Origin: an uncultured bacterium
GTDB lineage: Bacteria; Eisenbacteria; RBG-16-71-46; CAIMUX01; WJJG01
NCBI GenBank assembly: GCA_964482205.1
Contig: CAYZWI010000003.1
Span: 83,126 to 147,125 of the forward strand
Reading direction: 5' to 3'
Length of the DNA stretch: 64,000 bases
In this document: piece after piece, positions 37,402-47,015 of the stretch
Numbering within the stretch: the first letter of the stretch is position 1
Layout of the letters: the number at the start of each line of letters is the position of its first letter
Notes under the pieces: model-generated
Told to the model about the DNA's origin: nothing
The model's input: only the letters and a program-made list of their open reading frames with translations
Databases searched by the model: none
Made by a program: the position numbers and the translations under genes

Positions 37402-37449
37402 AAGGCGCGCGCCCCCTGCGTGAACTCTCTCTGAGCGCGCGCCGGTCCC
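37402..37449. repeat. REP-like palindromic extragenic element (copy 2)
   Basis: aaGGCGCGCGCCccctgcgtgaactctctctgaGCGCGCGCCggtccc is about 90% identical to 11575-11622. Confidence 0.5.
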
Positions 37450-37571
37450 GAGACACCATGCGGGCCACGCGGCGCGAGGTTCCACAGGCCTCGCAGGGCT
37501 ATGCAAGCGTTGGGGCGGGATGCTGCGACAAAGCGCTTGCGAACCGGAGTCGCTCGCGTAGGCTGCACGGC

Positions 37572-39152
37572 ATGTCGCCCTTCGATGCGGACAAGCGCGC
37601 GCAGTTCGCGTTCATCGCGGCCCTGGCGCTCCATGCGCTCTTTCTCGTCTCGCTCGCGACGGGATTTCTGAATCCGCTGTTCGTGGAGGCGAGCCAAGGG
37701 TACGGGCAGGCGTCGGACTTCCACGGCATCTATCAGGCGGGCGCGAATCTCGCTCACGGCTACAGCATCTACGACTCGCCCGATTATCTTCACGAGGCGC
37801 CGCAGGTCGTGCCCTCGTACTATTTCTATCGCTATCTTCCGCCGACCGCGTACGGTTCGGCGCTGCTTTCGCTCGCCCTTCCGCCTCGTCCCGCATACTG
37901 GGCCTGGGTGCTCATCAACGAAGCGCTGGTCGCCCTCGTGGTCGTCTCGCTTCTTCGGGACACGCGCTGGCAAGCGTGGAGGCGCTACCTCGTCGCCGCA
38001 TTGTGGGTCGGGTTCTTTCCCCTGTATGTCGAGCAGTTCATGGGCCAGTTCTCGCTCACCATGGCCGTGCTGCTCTGGTTTCTTTGGCGCGCGGAGGCCA
38101 ACCATCCCGCGCACGGTTCCACTCGCCAAGCTCGCGCCGATTCTTGCATCCCTGACCTCCCGGAAGCGGGCCGTGACTCCACGGATGCAACGCGCGCGCG
38201 CATGACTGTCGGTCCCGCACGCCGGCCATGGAGCGAAGTCTGGCAGGCGCTGTGGATGCGCTGGTCGAGTTATCGCTGGCGCGCGGATACCGTGCGGCCG
38301 TGGCGCATTCCGATCGCCTGGGCGGCCAGCATCACGCTGAAGAGCTTCTCCGCGCTCCTTGCCATTCCCTATCTTCGCGATGGGCGCTGGAAGCGCATAC
38401 TCGCGGGCGCGGCGCTCACCATCGCCGCGAGCCTTCCCTACTTTCTCGCGCGGCCCAAGGACCTGGGCGAATTCGTGCGCTTGAATCTGACTCCGTTCAC
38501 GCGCGGGATCTACAAAGGCTCCTTCGGACTTCAGACCTTCCTGCGCGACTTGCTCACGCATCTTCCGAACGATTGGGAAGCGGTCAGGATCGTGATTGGA
38601 GGAGGCGATATTCGCGTGGGAAGCGCGATCCTGCTCTTCGTCTCGATCGTCATCGTGCTGCTCGCGCTGCTCGCTTCCCTTCGCATGGCGACGCCGCCCG
38701 GATACGCACATTCCGCGAGATCTGCGTCGCTTTCCACGAATGGGCCCGACGCGGCCGACGATCGCAAAGGCCGCCGCGCAGGCAACGGCTCGAGCGCAAT
38801 GCGCTCGGCCATCGACCTCGCCCTCTGGGTGACGGTGTTCTTTCTCGTCTTCAAGACCGTCTGGGAATACCACTACCTGATGATGCTGCCGGTCCTGAGC
38901 GCGCTCATTCTCCTCACCGGTTCGCGCACGCTCATCGTCCTGGCCGTTCTCATCGGCATGCCGACGATCTTCGTCCTCGGTCCGGTTATCACGGGAGCCG
39001 CGCGAGATGCGTCCATCGGCGCCTGGCCGGGGTGGTTTCGCGCCTGGCATTTCAGCGTGAAGTGCGTGCCGGCAGTGGTGTTCTTCGGTTGGTGCCTGCG
39101 CGCGGCGTGGCGATACGGAGATGCTGCCAGGTTGAGTCGCGTCAGCGATTGA
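37572..39152 (+). CDS. DUF2029 / GT87-family polytopic membrane glycosyltransferase-like protein
   Basis: The family N-terminal motif is SDFHGIYQAGANLAHGYSIYD (D-F..Y..A.....G.nPY). About 10 TM helices. The start MSPFDADKRAQF at 37572 avoids translating the upstream REP-like element that the listed ORF (37377) includes. Confidence 0.65.
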   Translation: MSPFDADKRAQFAFIAALALHALFLVSLATGFLNPLFVEASQGYGQASDFHGIYQAGANLAHGYSIYDSPDYLHEAPQVVPSYYFYRYLPPTAYGSALLSLALPPRPAYWAWVLINEALVALVVVSLLRDTRWQAWRRYLVAALWVGFFPLYVEQFMGQFSLTMAVLLWFLWRAEANHPAHGSTRQARADSCIPDLPEAGRDSTDATRARMTVGPARRPWSEVWQALWMRWSSYRWRADTVRPWRIPIAWAASITLKSFSALLAIPYLRDGRWKRILAGAALTIAASLPYFLARPKDLGEFVRLNLTPFTRGIYKGSFGLQTFLRDLLTHLPNDWEAVRIVIGGGDIRVGSAILLFVSIVIVLLALLASLRMATPPGYAHSARSASLSTNGPDAADDRKGRRAGNGSSAMRSAIDLALWVTVFFLVFKTVWEYHYLMMLPVLSALILLTGSRTLIVLAVLIGMPTIFVLGPVITGAARDASIGAWPGWFRAWHFSVKCVPAVVFFGWCLRAAWRYGDAARLSRVSD

Positions 39153-39222
39153 TGGCAGGCGGATCGTCACCGCGAATCGGTCCGCGATCGCAGGCCGGCT
39201 CGATGGCCAGCGGTCGCCGAGC

Positions 39223-40125
39223 CTACCGCCCGCTCTCTTCCCGCGCCCAATCGACCGCTCTCCGAATCGCGCGAATGTGTTCGGGGGTCGTGCCGCAGCA
39301 GCCGCCGATGATCTGCGCTCCCGCCGCGATCAACTCGGGAACGCGCGCGGCCATGAATTCCGGCGTCTCGGAATAGACGGGCCGTCCCTCTTCCAACGAG
39401 GGCAGCCCCGCGTTCGATTGAATCACGATCGGCCGCTCGCTCGCCGCGCGGAAGGCGCGCGCGATGGCGACCATCTGCTCGATCCCGTTGCCGCAGTTCG
39501 AGCCGATCACATCTGCGCCCGCCGGCGCGAGCCCGGCCGCCGCCTGCTCGATGCTGTTGCCCATGATCGTGAAGAAACCGCGCGGTGTGGGATCGAAGGT
39601 CATCGACGCGATCACGGGGAGGCCGGGCGCTGCTTCCCGGGCCGCCTCCACCAGCAGCTTCGCCTCCGCGAGATCGGTCATCGTCTCGATGATGATCGCA
39701 TCGGCCCCCGCTTGCGTGAGCACGCGAATCTGACGCGCGAATCCATCTTTGAGCTCCGCCGGCTCGGCATCGCCATACGGCTTCAGCATGCGGCCGCTCG
39801 GCCCGCAGCAAGCCGCCACGCACGCGCGAACGCCCGCCACTTCGCGCACAGCTTCCACGGCAATGCGATTGATCTCTTCCATGCGGCTATCGAGGCCGTA
39901 GAAGGCGAGCTTCGCGGGAGAGCCGCCGAAGGTGTTCGTCTCGAGGATCTGTGCGCCGGCATCGAGGTAGAGTTGGGCGATCTCTTTCAGAATCTCCGGA
40001 CGCTCGAGGTTCACCGACTCGGGCGGCGAGCCCGGCGGAAGACCGCGCGCGATGAGGAGCGTTCCCATGGCGCCGTCGCAGACGAGGACTTCTCCGCTTC
40101 GCAACCGCTCGAGAAGCGTTGGCAT
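39223..40125 (-). CDS. Homocysteine-binding S-methyltransferase domain protein (MetH N-terminal-module-like, PF02574)
   Basis: N-terminus LLERLRSGEVLVCDGAMGTLL. The zinc-ligand cysteines are conserved: IGSNCGNG and GGCCGTTPEHIRAI. Confidence 0.8.
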   Translation of the reverse strand: MPTLLERLRSGEVLVCDGAMGTLLIARGLPPGSPPESVNLERPEILKEIAQLYLDAGAQILETNTFGGSPAKLAFYGLDSRMEEINRIAVEAVREVAGVRACVAACCGPSGRMLKPYGDAEPAELKDGFARQIRVLTQAGADAIIIETMTDLAEAKLLVEAAREAAPGLPVIASMTFDPTPRGFFTIMGNSIEQAAAGLAPAGADVIGSNCGNGIEQMVAIARAFRAASERPIVIQSNAGLPSLEEGRPVYSETPEFMAARVPELIAAGAQIIGGCCGTTPEHIRAIRRAVDWAREESGR

Positions 40126-40180
40126 GCGATCCTCCGATTGCGCGACTTCCCGGAAGTCCTCGAAGGGCGGAGCCTGATCC

Positions 40181-40813
40181 CTACGCGAGCAGCGCCCTCA
40201 CGCGCTCGACCGCGTTCGCTCCATCGAAGGCGTAGTCATCCGCCCCGATCTTGCGCGCGTACTCCGCCGACACGGGCGCGCCGCCGATGATCGTGCGCAC
40301 TTGGCCCGTCAGGCCGCGCTCGCGGATGAGTGCCGTCACGCGCTCCATCGTCGGCATCGTCGTCGTCAGCAGCGCTGACATGCCGATCACGCGCGCGCCC
40401 GATTCCTGCGCGGCCGCGAGGAATCGTTCGGGCGCGACATCGTGACCGAGATCGATCACTTCGAACCCCGCCCCGCGCAGCATCACCGCCACCAGGTTCT
40501 TGCCGATGTCGTGGAGATCGCCCTGCACGGTGCCGAGCACGACCTTGCCGACCGTCGGAATCCCTTCCTTGACCAGCAACGGCTTCAACTCATCCATGCC
40601 CGCGTACATCGCCTTGGCCGCCATCAGCACATCGGGCAGGAAGATCTCGTGGACGCGAAACTTCTCGCCGATCACATTCATCCCGGCGATCAGGCCGCGG
40701 TCGAGGATCTCTTTCGGAGCGATTCCCTGGGTGATCGCTTCGCGCGTGAGCGCCTGCACCCGTTCGTCGTCGCCCCGCTGCAATTCCTCGGCAATGCGTT
40801 CCAGGATGTCCAT
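40181..40813 (-). CDS. Corrinoid (cobalamin)-binding protein, MtmC/MtbC/MetH-B12-module-like
   Basis: B12-binding cap helix bundle MDILERIAEELQRGDDERVQAL. The DxHxxG His-on motif is GDLHDIGKNLV, in a Rossmann-like B12 domain. The start Met is inside the listed 303-aa ORF. Confidence 0.8.
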   Translation of the reverse strand: MDILERIAEELQRGDDERVQALTREAITQGIAPKEILDRGLIAGMNVIGEKFRVHEIFLPDVLMAAKAMYAGMDELKPLLVKEGIPTVGKVVLGTVQGDLHDIGKNLVAVMLRGAGFEVIDLGHDVAPERFLAAAQESGARVIGMSALLTTTMPTMERVTALIRERGLTGQVRTIIGGAPVSAEYARKIGADDYAFDGANAVERVRALLA

Positions 40814-40827
40814 CAATCTTCCTTTCC

Positions 40828-41619
40828 TCAACCTGCGCTCTTGGCCGCTGCCTTGCGCCCGCGATCGACGCACTCGCGCGAACGGCACGACCCGCAGAAC
40901 GGAAACTCGGCCGCGAAGGAGTGGATTTCGGGCCTCCCGAGCACGATCGCGCCCGAAATCGACTTGAGCGGACTCATGAGACAACTCTCTCCGAGTCGAA
41001 TGCCGATCGCTTCGGGCCCCAATTCGGCGAAGAGCGCCCGCTGGCCGGTCACATCCCAGCCGCAATAGCCGGGACTGTATCGCATCGCGCACAAACGCCC
41101 CGCCGATTCATCGGCGCGCGATCCGTCGCGCTTCTCGCACGGTGCAAGAAACCGCGCTTCCCACCGCTCTTCCAGAGTTTCCGCCGCACGCTCGGCCGCT
41201 TCCGACGCGGCCGCATCGAGAACCGCAGCAAGGGCGAATTCGCGCGCTTGAAATAACTCTGCGATCTTCCGCTCGACCTCCGCCCCAATCGTGACGGCGA
41301 AGATCGCGAGCCGTTCGGCCTTCGGGAAGATGCCGGCTAAGGGGCCTTCCGGCGCATTCTTCCCTTCGCCCTGATAGATGAACGCGAACCGTTCGGGGCT
41401 CACATCCTTCCACACGCCCACCGGCTCTGCACACTCCCGTACAACATCGAGCGCGCGAGAGAGCAGTTCCGATGTCCGCGCGCCCTGGTGGGCACCCGAG
41501 TCCGCCTCCGCGGCTCCCGGCAACCCGAGCGCGCAGCGCACGCGCTCGACATCGGGCACGATCTCTTCCGCGGACATGCGCACGATCTCGCCCATCGCGA
41601 TTGGCCTCACGCTTCGCAT
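40828..41619 (-). CDS. Methionine-synthase activation (AdoMet-dependent reactivation) domain-like protein
   Basis: MRYSPGYCGWDVTGQRALFAELGPEAIGIRLGESCLMSPLKSISGAIV matches the Met_synt_B12 pattern (R.SPGY...LTES..M.P.aSvSG). The C-terminal segment is FPFCGSCRSRECVD. Confidence 0.6.
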   Translation of the reverse strand: MRSVRPIAMGEIVRMSAEEIVPDVERVRCALGLPGAAEADSGAHQGARTSELLSRALDVVRECAEPVGVWKDVSPERFAFIYQGEGKNAPEGPLAGIFPKAERLAIFAVTIGAEVERKIAELFQAREFALAAVLDAAASEAAERAAETLEERWEARFLAPCEKRDGSRADESAGRLCAMRYSPGYCGWDVTGQRALFAELGPEAIGIRLGESCLMSPLKSISGAIVLGRPEIHSFAAEFPFCGSCRSRECVDRGRKAAAKSAG

Positions 41620-41674
41620 CCGCTCTGCGGCATCGCGACTCCGCTTCGAATCCGTTCCGTGGCCGCGACTGCCC

Positions 41675-43141
41675 TCACGCTTCCAATCCGCTCTTGGGCA
41701 GCGCGTCCATCCCGAATTTGCGCGCCTCCTTTTGCATGAGCCGCGTGAGCTCGGTCTTCGCCTCCTTGGACAATCTCGAAGGCTGCGCCGCCGCCACCAA
41801 CCGCTCGACTTCGCGATGCGCGCGCTCTCCCAAAGTGAGGCCGCCCTCTTCCATCCAGCGGGCGCGATTGGCGCGATCGATCGCGGGGCCGGGGATGTAG
41901 TGCTCGTCGCGCAAGTGACGCCGCGTGTGCTTGGAGATGAGCAAGTGGCCTTCGCGCAGCAATTCCTCGAAGCGCTCCAGCGAAGGGAAATCCTCGCGTG
42001 GCGCGATGCCTTCCGCCAACCGGCCGGCGAGGCCGCAGATCTCGTTGTCGACCACGAGCTTTTCGAGACTCTGGCAGCTCTCGAAGTCGAGCATGCCCGG
42101 CCCCGAGACGCTGTTCACCCCCGAGAGCATCGCAAGCGTCGCGCCCATCGAAGTCTCGAGCCCCGCCTGCGCGTCGAGCTGCTTGGCGTCGCTCAGTCCG
42201 ATGTAGGCCTGCGTCGGCATCCCGAGATGCTTGCCGATCTCGCTGTAGGCGCAATCGATCATCTGCGTCTCGACCGCGCCCATCGGAGTCGTCTCGTAGC
42301 GCACATCGAAGATCGCGGGCGATCCGCCGTAGAGCACCGGAGCGCCCGGGCGGGCGAGCTGGGTGAGGACCACTCCGCTCAGCGTCTCGGCGGTGTGCTG
42401 AATGAGCGAGCCCACCAAGGTGACCGGCCCCATGAAGCCGGCCAGCGGCATCGAGACATATTCCACCGGCACGCCGTCGCGCGCGCAGTCGAGCAGGTTC
42501 TGCGAAGTCACTTCGCTCCACTTGAGCGGCGCGGTGGGACAGACGGAGAAGATCGTGAGCGGTTTCGCGCGCAGCTCCTCGGCCGATCCGCGCACCGCGA
42601 TCTGCAGGTCGCGCATGAGCTCGTACGAAGGAATCGTGAAGGCCCCGGTCACGACCGGCTTCTCGCCGTGCAGCAGGCTCAAGTACAGCCGGTAGCTGTC
42701 CTGGATGCCGGCCGGAACATCGGCCGCGATCATCGCCGTGCTCTGCGAAGCGATGTGCTTCAACCCCGCGACGAGCTTCGTGTAGCGCACATAATCGGCG
42801 GTTTCGGGCCGGCGCATCGCGCCCGAGGGATAGTCGAGGATGTGAATGGCCGCCGAGCCGGGAGTGAAATAGACACGGTCGTCGATGAAGTCGTGGGTCT
42901 CGTTTCCCAGAACATCGTAGAGCTTGAACGACCGGGGCACCCGTCGCAGCGCCTCGTCGATCATCGCCTGCGTCAAACGCACGCGGCCGTCGGCGTGGCC
43001 GACTTGCGCGCCGTTGTCGGCGAGCAGCCGGACGGCGCGATCGTTGTGGACCTCGAGGCCCAGCCGGCAGAGGAGATCCCGCCCTTCGGTCACGATGCGT
43101 TCCAGCAACGGGTCGTCGAGGAATCTGAGCCGTGGTCTCAC
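41675..43141 (-). CDS. MttB-superfamily methyltransferase (non-pyrrolysine trimethylamine-methyltransferase homolog; quaternary-amine:corrinoid methyltransferase-like)
   Basis: 488 aa. The N-terminus LDDPLLERIVTEGRDLLCRLGLEVHNDRAVRLLADNGAQV fits the MttB TIM-barrel family pattern. There is no in-frame stop, which is consistent with non-Pyl members. Confidence 0.7.
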   Translation of the reverse strand: MRPRLRFLDDPLLERIVTEGRDLLCRLGLEVHNDRAVRLLADNGAQVGHADGRVRLTQAMIDEALRRVPRSFKLYDVLGNETHDFIDDRVYFTPGSAAIHILDYPSGAMRRPETADYVRYTKLVAGLKHIASQSTAMIAADVPAGIQDSYRLYLSLLHGEKPVVTGAFTIPSYELMRDLQIAVRGSAEELRAKPLTIFSVCPTAPLKWSEVTSQNLLDCARDGVPVEYVSMPLAGFMGPVTLVGSLIQHTAETLSGVVLTQLARPGAPVLYGGSPAIFDVRYETTPMGAVETQMIDCAYSEIGKHLGMPTQAYIGLSDAKQLDAQAGLETSMGATLAMLSGVNSVSGPGMLDFESCQSLEKLVVDNEICGLAGRLAEGIAPREDFPSLERFEELLREGHLLISKHTRRHLRDEHYIPGPAIDRANRARWMEEGGLTLGERAHREVERLVAAAQPSRLSKEAKTELTRLMQKEARKFGMDALPKSGLEA

Positions 43142-43332
43142 GAAACGCTCCTTCCCTTGCGCGTCGAAGAAGATGCGGCAACGAAACGAGCGTAAGGGAG
43201 GATCGCGAAGGGAAGCAAGAACGGAGCGCGTCCGTTCAGGGAGCCGGCGTGCGCTTGTTCATGGATCGTCCACGAACAAACGACGACGCTCCGCGCCCCG
43301 GGCGCTCGCGCATGCGGCCATGCGGACCGGAA

Positions 43333-44190
43333 TCATCTGGCCTGATAGTACTGCCTCGCTTCGGGAAGCCACTTTTCCAGATTCCGGATGCGCGTCTCAT
43401 CCGTCGGGTGCGTGCTCAAGAATTCGATAGGAGCGCCTCCCGATTTGCTCGCGCTCATCCTCTCCCAGAAGTCGATCGTCGCCGCCGGGTCATAACCGGC
43501 CATCGCCATGAAGATCATGCCCAGACGGTCGGCCTCCGACTCGTGCAGGCGGCTGAAGGGCAATAGCACTCCCACCTGCGCGCCCACGCCAAAGGCGGTC
43601 ATGAAGAGGCTGCGCGTCTCAGCGGGCTTTTCCTTCAAGGCTTGCTCGAGCGCCATGCCTCCCAACTGCGCGAGCAGCGTCTGGCTCATCCGCTCGTTGC
43701 CGTGCCGCGCGACGGCGTGCGCGATCTCGTGGCCGAGCACGGTCGCGAGACCGGCGTCGTTCTGCGCGACCGGCAACAGTCCCGTGTAGACGACGACCTT
43801 GCCGCCCGGCATCGCCCAGGCGTTCACCTGATCGTCTTCCACGACATTGAAATCCCACTTGTATCCTTCGAGCGCGTCCGACTGGCCCTGCTGCGCGTAG
43901 AAGCGTTCGACCGCCCCCGCGATGCGCTCGCCCACGCGGCGCACCATGTCGTTGTCGCGCGCATCGTTGCTCACGGCGTGAGTCGCGAGAAATTCGCTGT
44001 ACTCATCGCCGGCGAGGCTGTTGATCGTTTCCGCGGGAATGAGATTCAATTGCTGACGCCCGGTGATGGGCACCTTCGAACAGGTCACGATGAAGGCGGC
44101 GAGGAGCAGCAGTCCGACCGTCCGGACAGCCAGGCGCGGAGCGCGCCCTCTCGGGAGCAGATTATGTTGGGCCATCACATTCCTCCGTGT
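43333..44190 (-). CDS. M48-family zinc metallopeptidase (BepA/LoiP/YcaL-like), probable lipoprotein
   Basis: HEXXH motif VLGHEIAHAV plus a downstream Glu. Signal/lipobox-like segment LLLLAAFIVTCSK. The listed ORF (401 aa) has an Arg-rich 5' extension. Confidence 0.75.
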   Translation of the reverse strand, partial: TRRNVMAQHNLLPRGRAPRLAVRTVGLLLLAAFIVTCSKVPITGRQQLNLIPAETINSLAGDEYSEFLATHAVSNDARDNDMVRRVGERIAGAVERFYAQQGQSDALEGYKWDFNVVEDDQVNAWAMPGGKVVVYTGLLPVAQNDAGLATVLGHEIAHAVARHGNERMSQTLLAQLGGMALEQALKEKPAETRSLFMTAFGVGAQVGVLLPFSRLHESEADRLGMIFMAMAGYDPAATIDFWERMSASKSGGAPIEFLSTHPTDETRIRNLEKWLPEARQYYQAR

Positions 44191-44398
44191 CATAGGTTCG
44201 TTCACGGTTTTCCTGACGAGCCGCATGATAGCAGACACCCACGCGGAGAGCGAGATCCCTGTGAGCCGTCGATGGGAAGATGGAGCGCACCCGGCCCGGA
44301 TACTGCCGAGGGCGCTCCTCGGGATCGATCCCACATGCATCCTGGAACGCATTCCCGCGTGACTGCACCCCGCGCGGATCGCGGGCGGACGGATGCCG

Positions 44399-45292
44399 TC
44401 ACTTCCCCGGGGACGCGGTCGACGAGCCCGCCTTTTCCGTTTCGCCCGCAGGCGCGCTTTCGGCGGGCGCCGCGGATTTTGCCAGCAACGCCTGAATGGG
44501 CTCCGGCAGACGGAAGACGCTGTCGGGAATCGCGACATTGCAGGCGATGGAATCCGTCGTGAAGACCATCTCCTGCATTTTCATGACCACCTGCCGGCTG
44601 CGGTGAGGGATCAACATGCCTTCCACCCAGCGGTAATCGTTCGCGAACGACTCCATCGGGATTCTGCCCATCGGGCTCTCGACTTCCATTTCCTGCTTCA
44701 CGACCAGATAGGTTTCCATGTCGTAGTAGCGCGTGTCGACCGGGCCCTCGGTGGGAATCATCACCACTTTGTAGCACGGCCGCCCGTCGACGGTGTCGAT
44801 GCCGGCCACCGAGACATCGGGGAAGGTTTCACGCCAGTGCAGATCCGAATCCAAGGCGGAACGCTTGGCCAGCGCCTTCTCTTCCCCTTCCTTGATCCGC
44901 GGCCCCGTCATCTGGGTCATCTCCCAATACACGCCACCGCTCGCTCCCTCTTCGATCTTGCCCATTTCGGGACTCTCGATGACCGAGTAGCTCGAATGCG
45001 GAAGCGCCGCGTAGTGCGTCATCGAGGCCTTGATGCCCATGGCAGGCAATTCCATCGTGCTCTTGGTCACCATCGTGCGCACATTCTCGATCGCGGCCCG
45101 GCCTCCCGTCGCCTCGATTCCCTTTTCGATGATCGTTTCCGCGGACGGCAGATCCTTGCCAGCGTCCTGCGCGCCAACCGCGAAACCCACCAGGGCCAAC
45201 ATCGACGCAATCGCCAACGCGCCGGCCCAACGGTGAAGCGGGCTGCGCGTGATGATTCCCGCGTTCCTGCGCAACATCCAACCGAATCTCAT
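44399..45292 (-). CDS. Periplasmic hypothetical protein (LolA-like/DUF4412-like beta-sandwich suspected)
   Basis: The signal peptide lies within MLRRNAGIITRSPLHRWAGALAIASMLALVGFAVGAQ. No catalytic motifs were found. The C-terminus is Ala/Pro/Glu-rich. Confidence 0.45.
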   Translation of the reverse strand: MRFGWMLRRNAGIITRSPLHRWAGALAIASMLALVGFAVGAQDAGKDLPSAETIIEKGIEATGGRAAIENVRTMVTKSTMELPAMGIKASMTHYAALPHSSYSVIESPEMGKIEEGASGGVYWEMTQMTGPRIKEGEEKALAKRSALDSDLHWRETFPDVSVAGIDTVDGRPCYKVVMIPTEGPVDTRYYDMETYLVVKQEMEVESPMGRIPMESFANDYRWVEGMLIPHRSRQVVMKMQEMVFTTDSIACNVAIPDSVFRLPEPIQALLAKSAAPAESAPAGETEKAGSSTASPGK

Positions 45293-45373
45293 TCGTCCGC
45301 CTCCCTTCGATTCAAGTCCAAGCGCGATTCGAGCTCACGCGACTCCCGTGCGAACGCCTTGCAGACGCTCGCC

Positions 45374-46726
45374 TCACCTTCCGCGTTGCTCCCCGCGAAT
45401 CCACGCCTGCGCCGCCTGCAAGGGCGCATCGATTCCCTGAAGGAGATCCGATTGAACGACGGGAATCGCGATGTCCGGTTCGATCCCTTCTCCCTCCAGC
45501 ACTGCGCCGCTGTACGAAAGATAGTTGGCGAAGGCGTATTGGAAGCCGTCCCCATTCGGCAAGCGCGAAACCATCGAGGGCAACGCCGCGCCCGCCGTGC
45601 GCGCGCCGAAGATGCGCGCGCGCCCGAGATCCTTCATTCCACCGGCGAAAATCTCCGAGGTCGAGGCCGACAATCCGTCGACGAGCACGGCCACCGGCCC
45701 TCGATAGGTCTGGGGGCGAGGCAGGACCGCGAATTTCAGTTCGGTCATGCGCGTGTGCATGGTGCCCAGCTGCCGGCCCTGCTCTTCGATGAGCCATCCG
45801 GCCATGCCCATCGCCATTCCTCCGAGGCCGCCGGGATTGCCGCGCAGATCGATGATCACTCCGGGAGCATCGAGGAACGATTCCATGGCCGCGTCGAATT
45901 GCGGCATCATCTCCGCCGGGTCGAGAAACATGTTGAAGGCGATGTATCCCGCGCCGTCTTCGAGCCGCCGGCTTTTGAACCACACATGCTGCGCCGGCAG
46001 ATTGCCCATCCCGATCTTGTGGCCGCGCGCTTGGGCGAGCGGAATCGCGAGCTCCACGCGCTTGCCCGCGCCATCCAGGAGTCGAACCTTCACCGTTTCC
46101 CCAACCGGCCCGCTGAGACGCGAGATCACCGAGCGCGCTTCGATGAACGGCAGTATGGTCTTGCCCGCAAATTGTTCCCCGACCGCCTTCAAGCGCTTGG
46201 GAATGTCCTCCTCGCCCACGCGCACGACTTCCCATCCCATCCGCACACCGAGCGAATCGGCGGGCGAGCCGGCTTCGACGCGCGTGACCAGCGCCTGGCC
46301 TTCGACGACGCGTACATCGATGCCCGTCGTTCCATCGCCGGAAGCCCCTCCGCTGGCCTGATCGACATCGGCGTAGATCTCTTGCGGAATGATGCCGAAG
46401 TGCGACTGGCCCAGCCGTTCGATCATGGCTTCCATGACGCCGCGCGCTTCGGGCATCGTGCGCGCGCGCTCCGCTTGCGGAAGAAGCTCGTCGTGCACCG
46501 CCTGCCAGTCGAGCCCGCCCAAGGTCGGGTCCCAGTGCTTGTCGCGGATCGTGGTCCAGACCTCCTCAAAGGATTGCAGGTTCTTCGCGTGTTGATCGGC
46601 CGTGAGGCTGGGCGCTCCGCCGCCCGGGCGGCATCCCGACACGATCAGGATCAGCGTGAGCAGCAGACCAGCTGCGTTTGCCAAGCCGGAGGAAAGGTTC
46701 GCGTTGCCCGCGCTCGCATGAAACAT
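45374..46726 (-). CDS. S41-family C-terminal processing peptidase (Prc/CtpA-like), lipoprotein
   Basis: The catalytic Ser context is VIIDLRGNPGG...S. A PDZ-like segment is present. Lipobox LTLILIVSGC. The listed ORF extends to 46915. I place the start at the Met of MFHASAGN. Confidence 0.75.
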   Translation of the reverse strand: MFHASAGNANLSSGLANAAGLLLTLILIVSGCRPGGGAPSLTADQHAKNLQSFEEVWTTIRDKHWDPTLGGLDWQAVHDELLPQAERARTMPEARGVMEAMIERLGQSHFGIIPQEIYADVDQASGGASGDGTTGIDVRVVEGQALVTRVEAGSPADSLGVRMGWEVVRVGEEDIPKRLKAVGEQFAGKTILPFIEARSVISRLSGPVGETVKVRLLDGAGKRVELAIPLAQARGHKIGMGNLPAQHVWFKSRRLEDGAGYIAFNMFLDPAEMMPQFDAAMESFLDAPGVIIDLRGNPGGLGGMAMGMAGWLIEEQGRQLGTMHTRMTELKFAVLPRPQTYRGPVAVLVDGLSASTSEIFAGGMKDLGRARIFGARTAGAALPSMVSRLPNGDGFQYAFANYLSYSGAVLEGEGIEPDIAIPVVQSDLLQGIDAPLQAAQAWIRGEQRGR

Positions 46727-47015
46727 GCGACGCACGCTCTCGATCGACGACCATCGCATAGGAATCCTCTTCGTGTCTTCCGGTGGATCCGCCGCGTTCA
46801 CGGCATTCGGCGGCTTCGGCGGCTTCGGCAGGTCGCGCAAAGAGGACGACCGTCGCATCTTCGGCAAGCGCGAAATCCCACACCGAGCCCGTTGCCGGAT
46901 GACGAACGCCCGCATCCTTCCTCAAATCGGAGGCGAACGCAAGCCGAAGCCGCAGGCCGGGTAAGATCAACGCAGCCTCGAGACTGTGCGGACTGCTTGC
47001 CGGCTTCGCGGGGCG

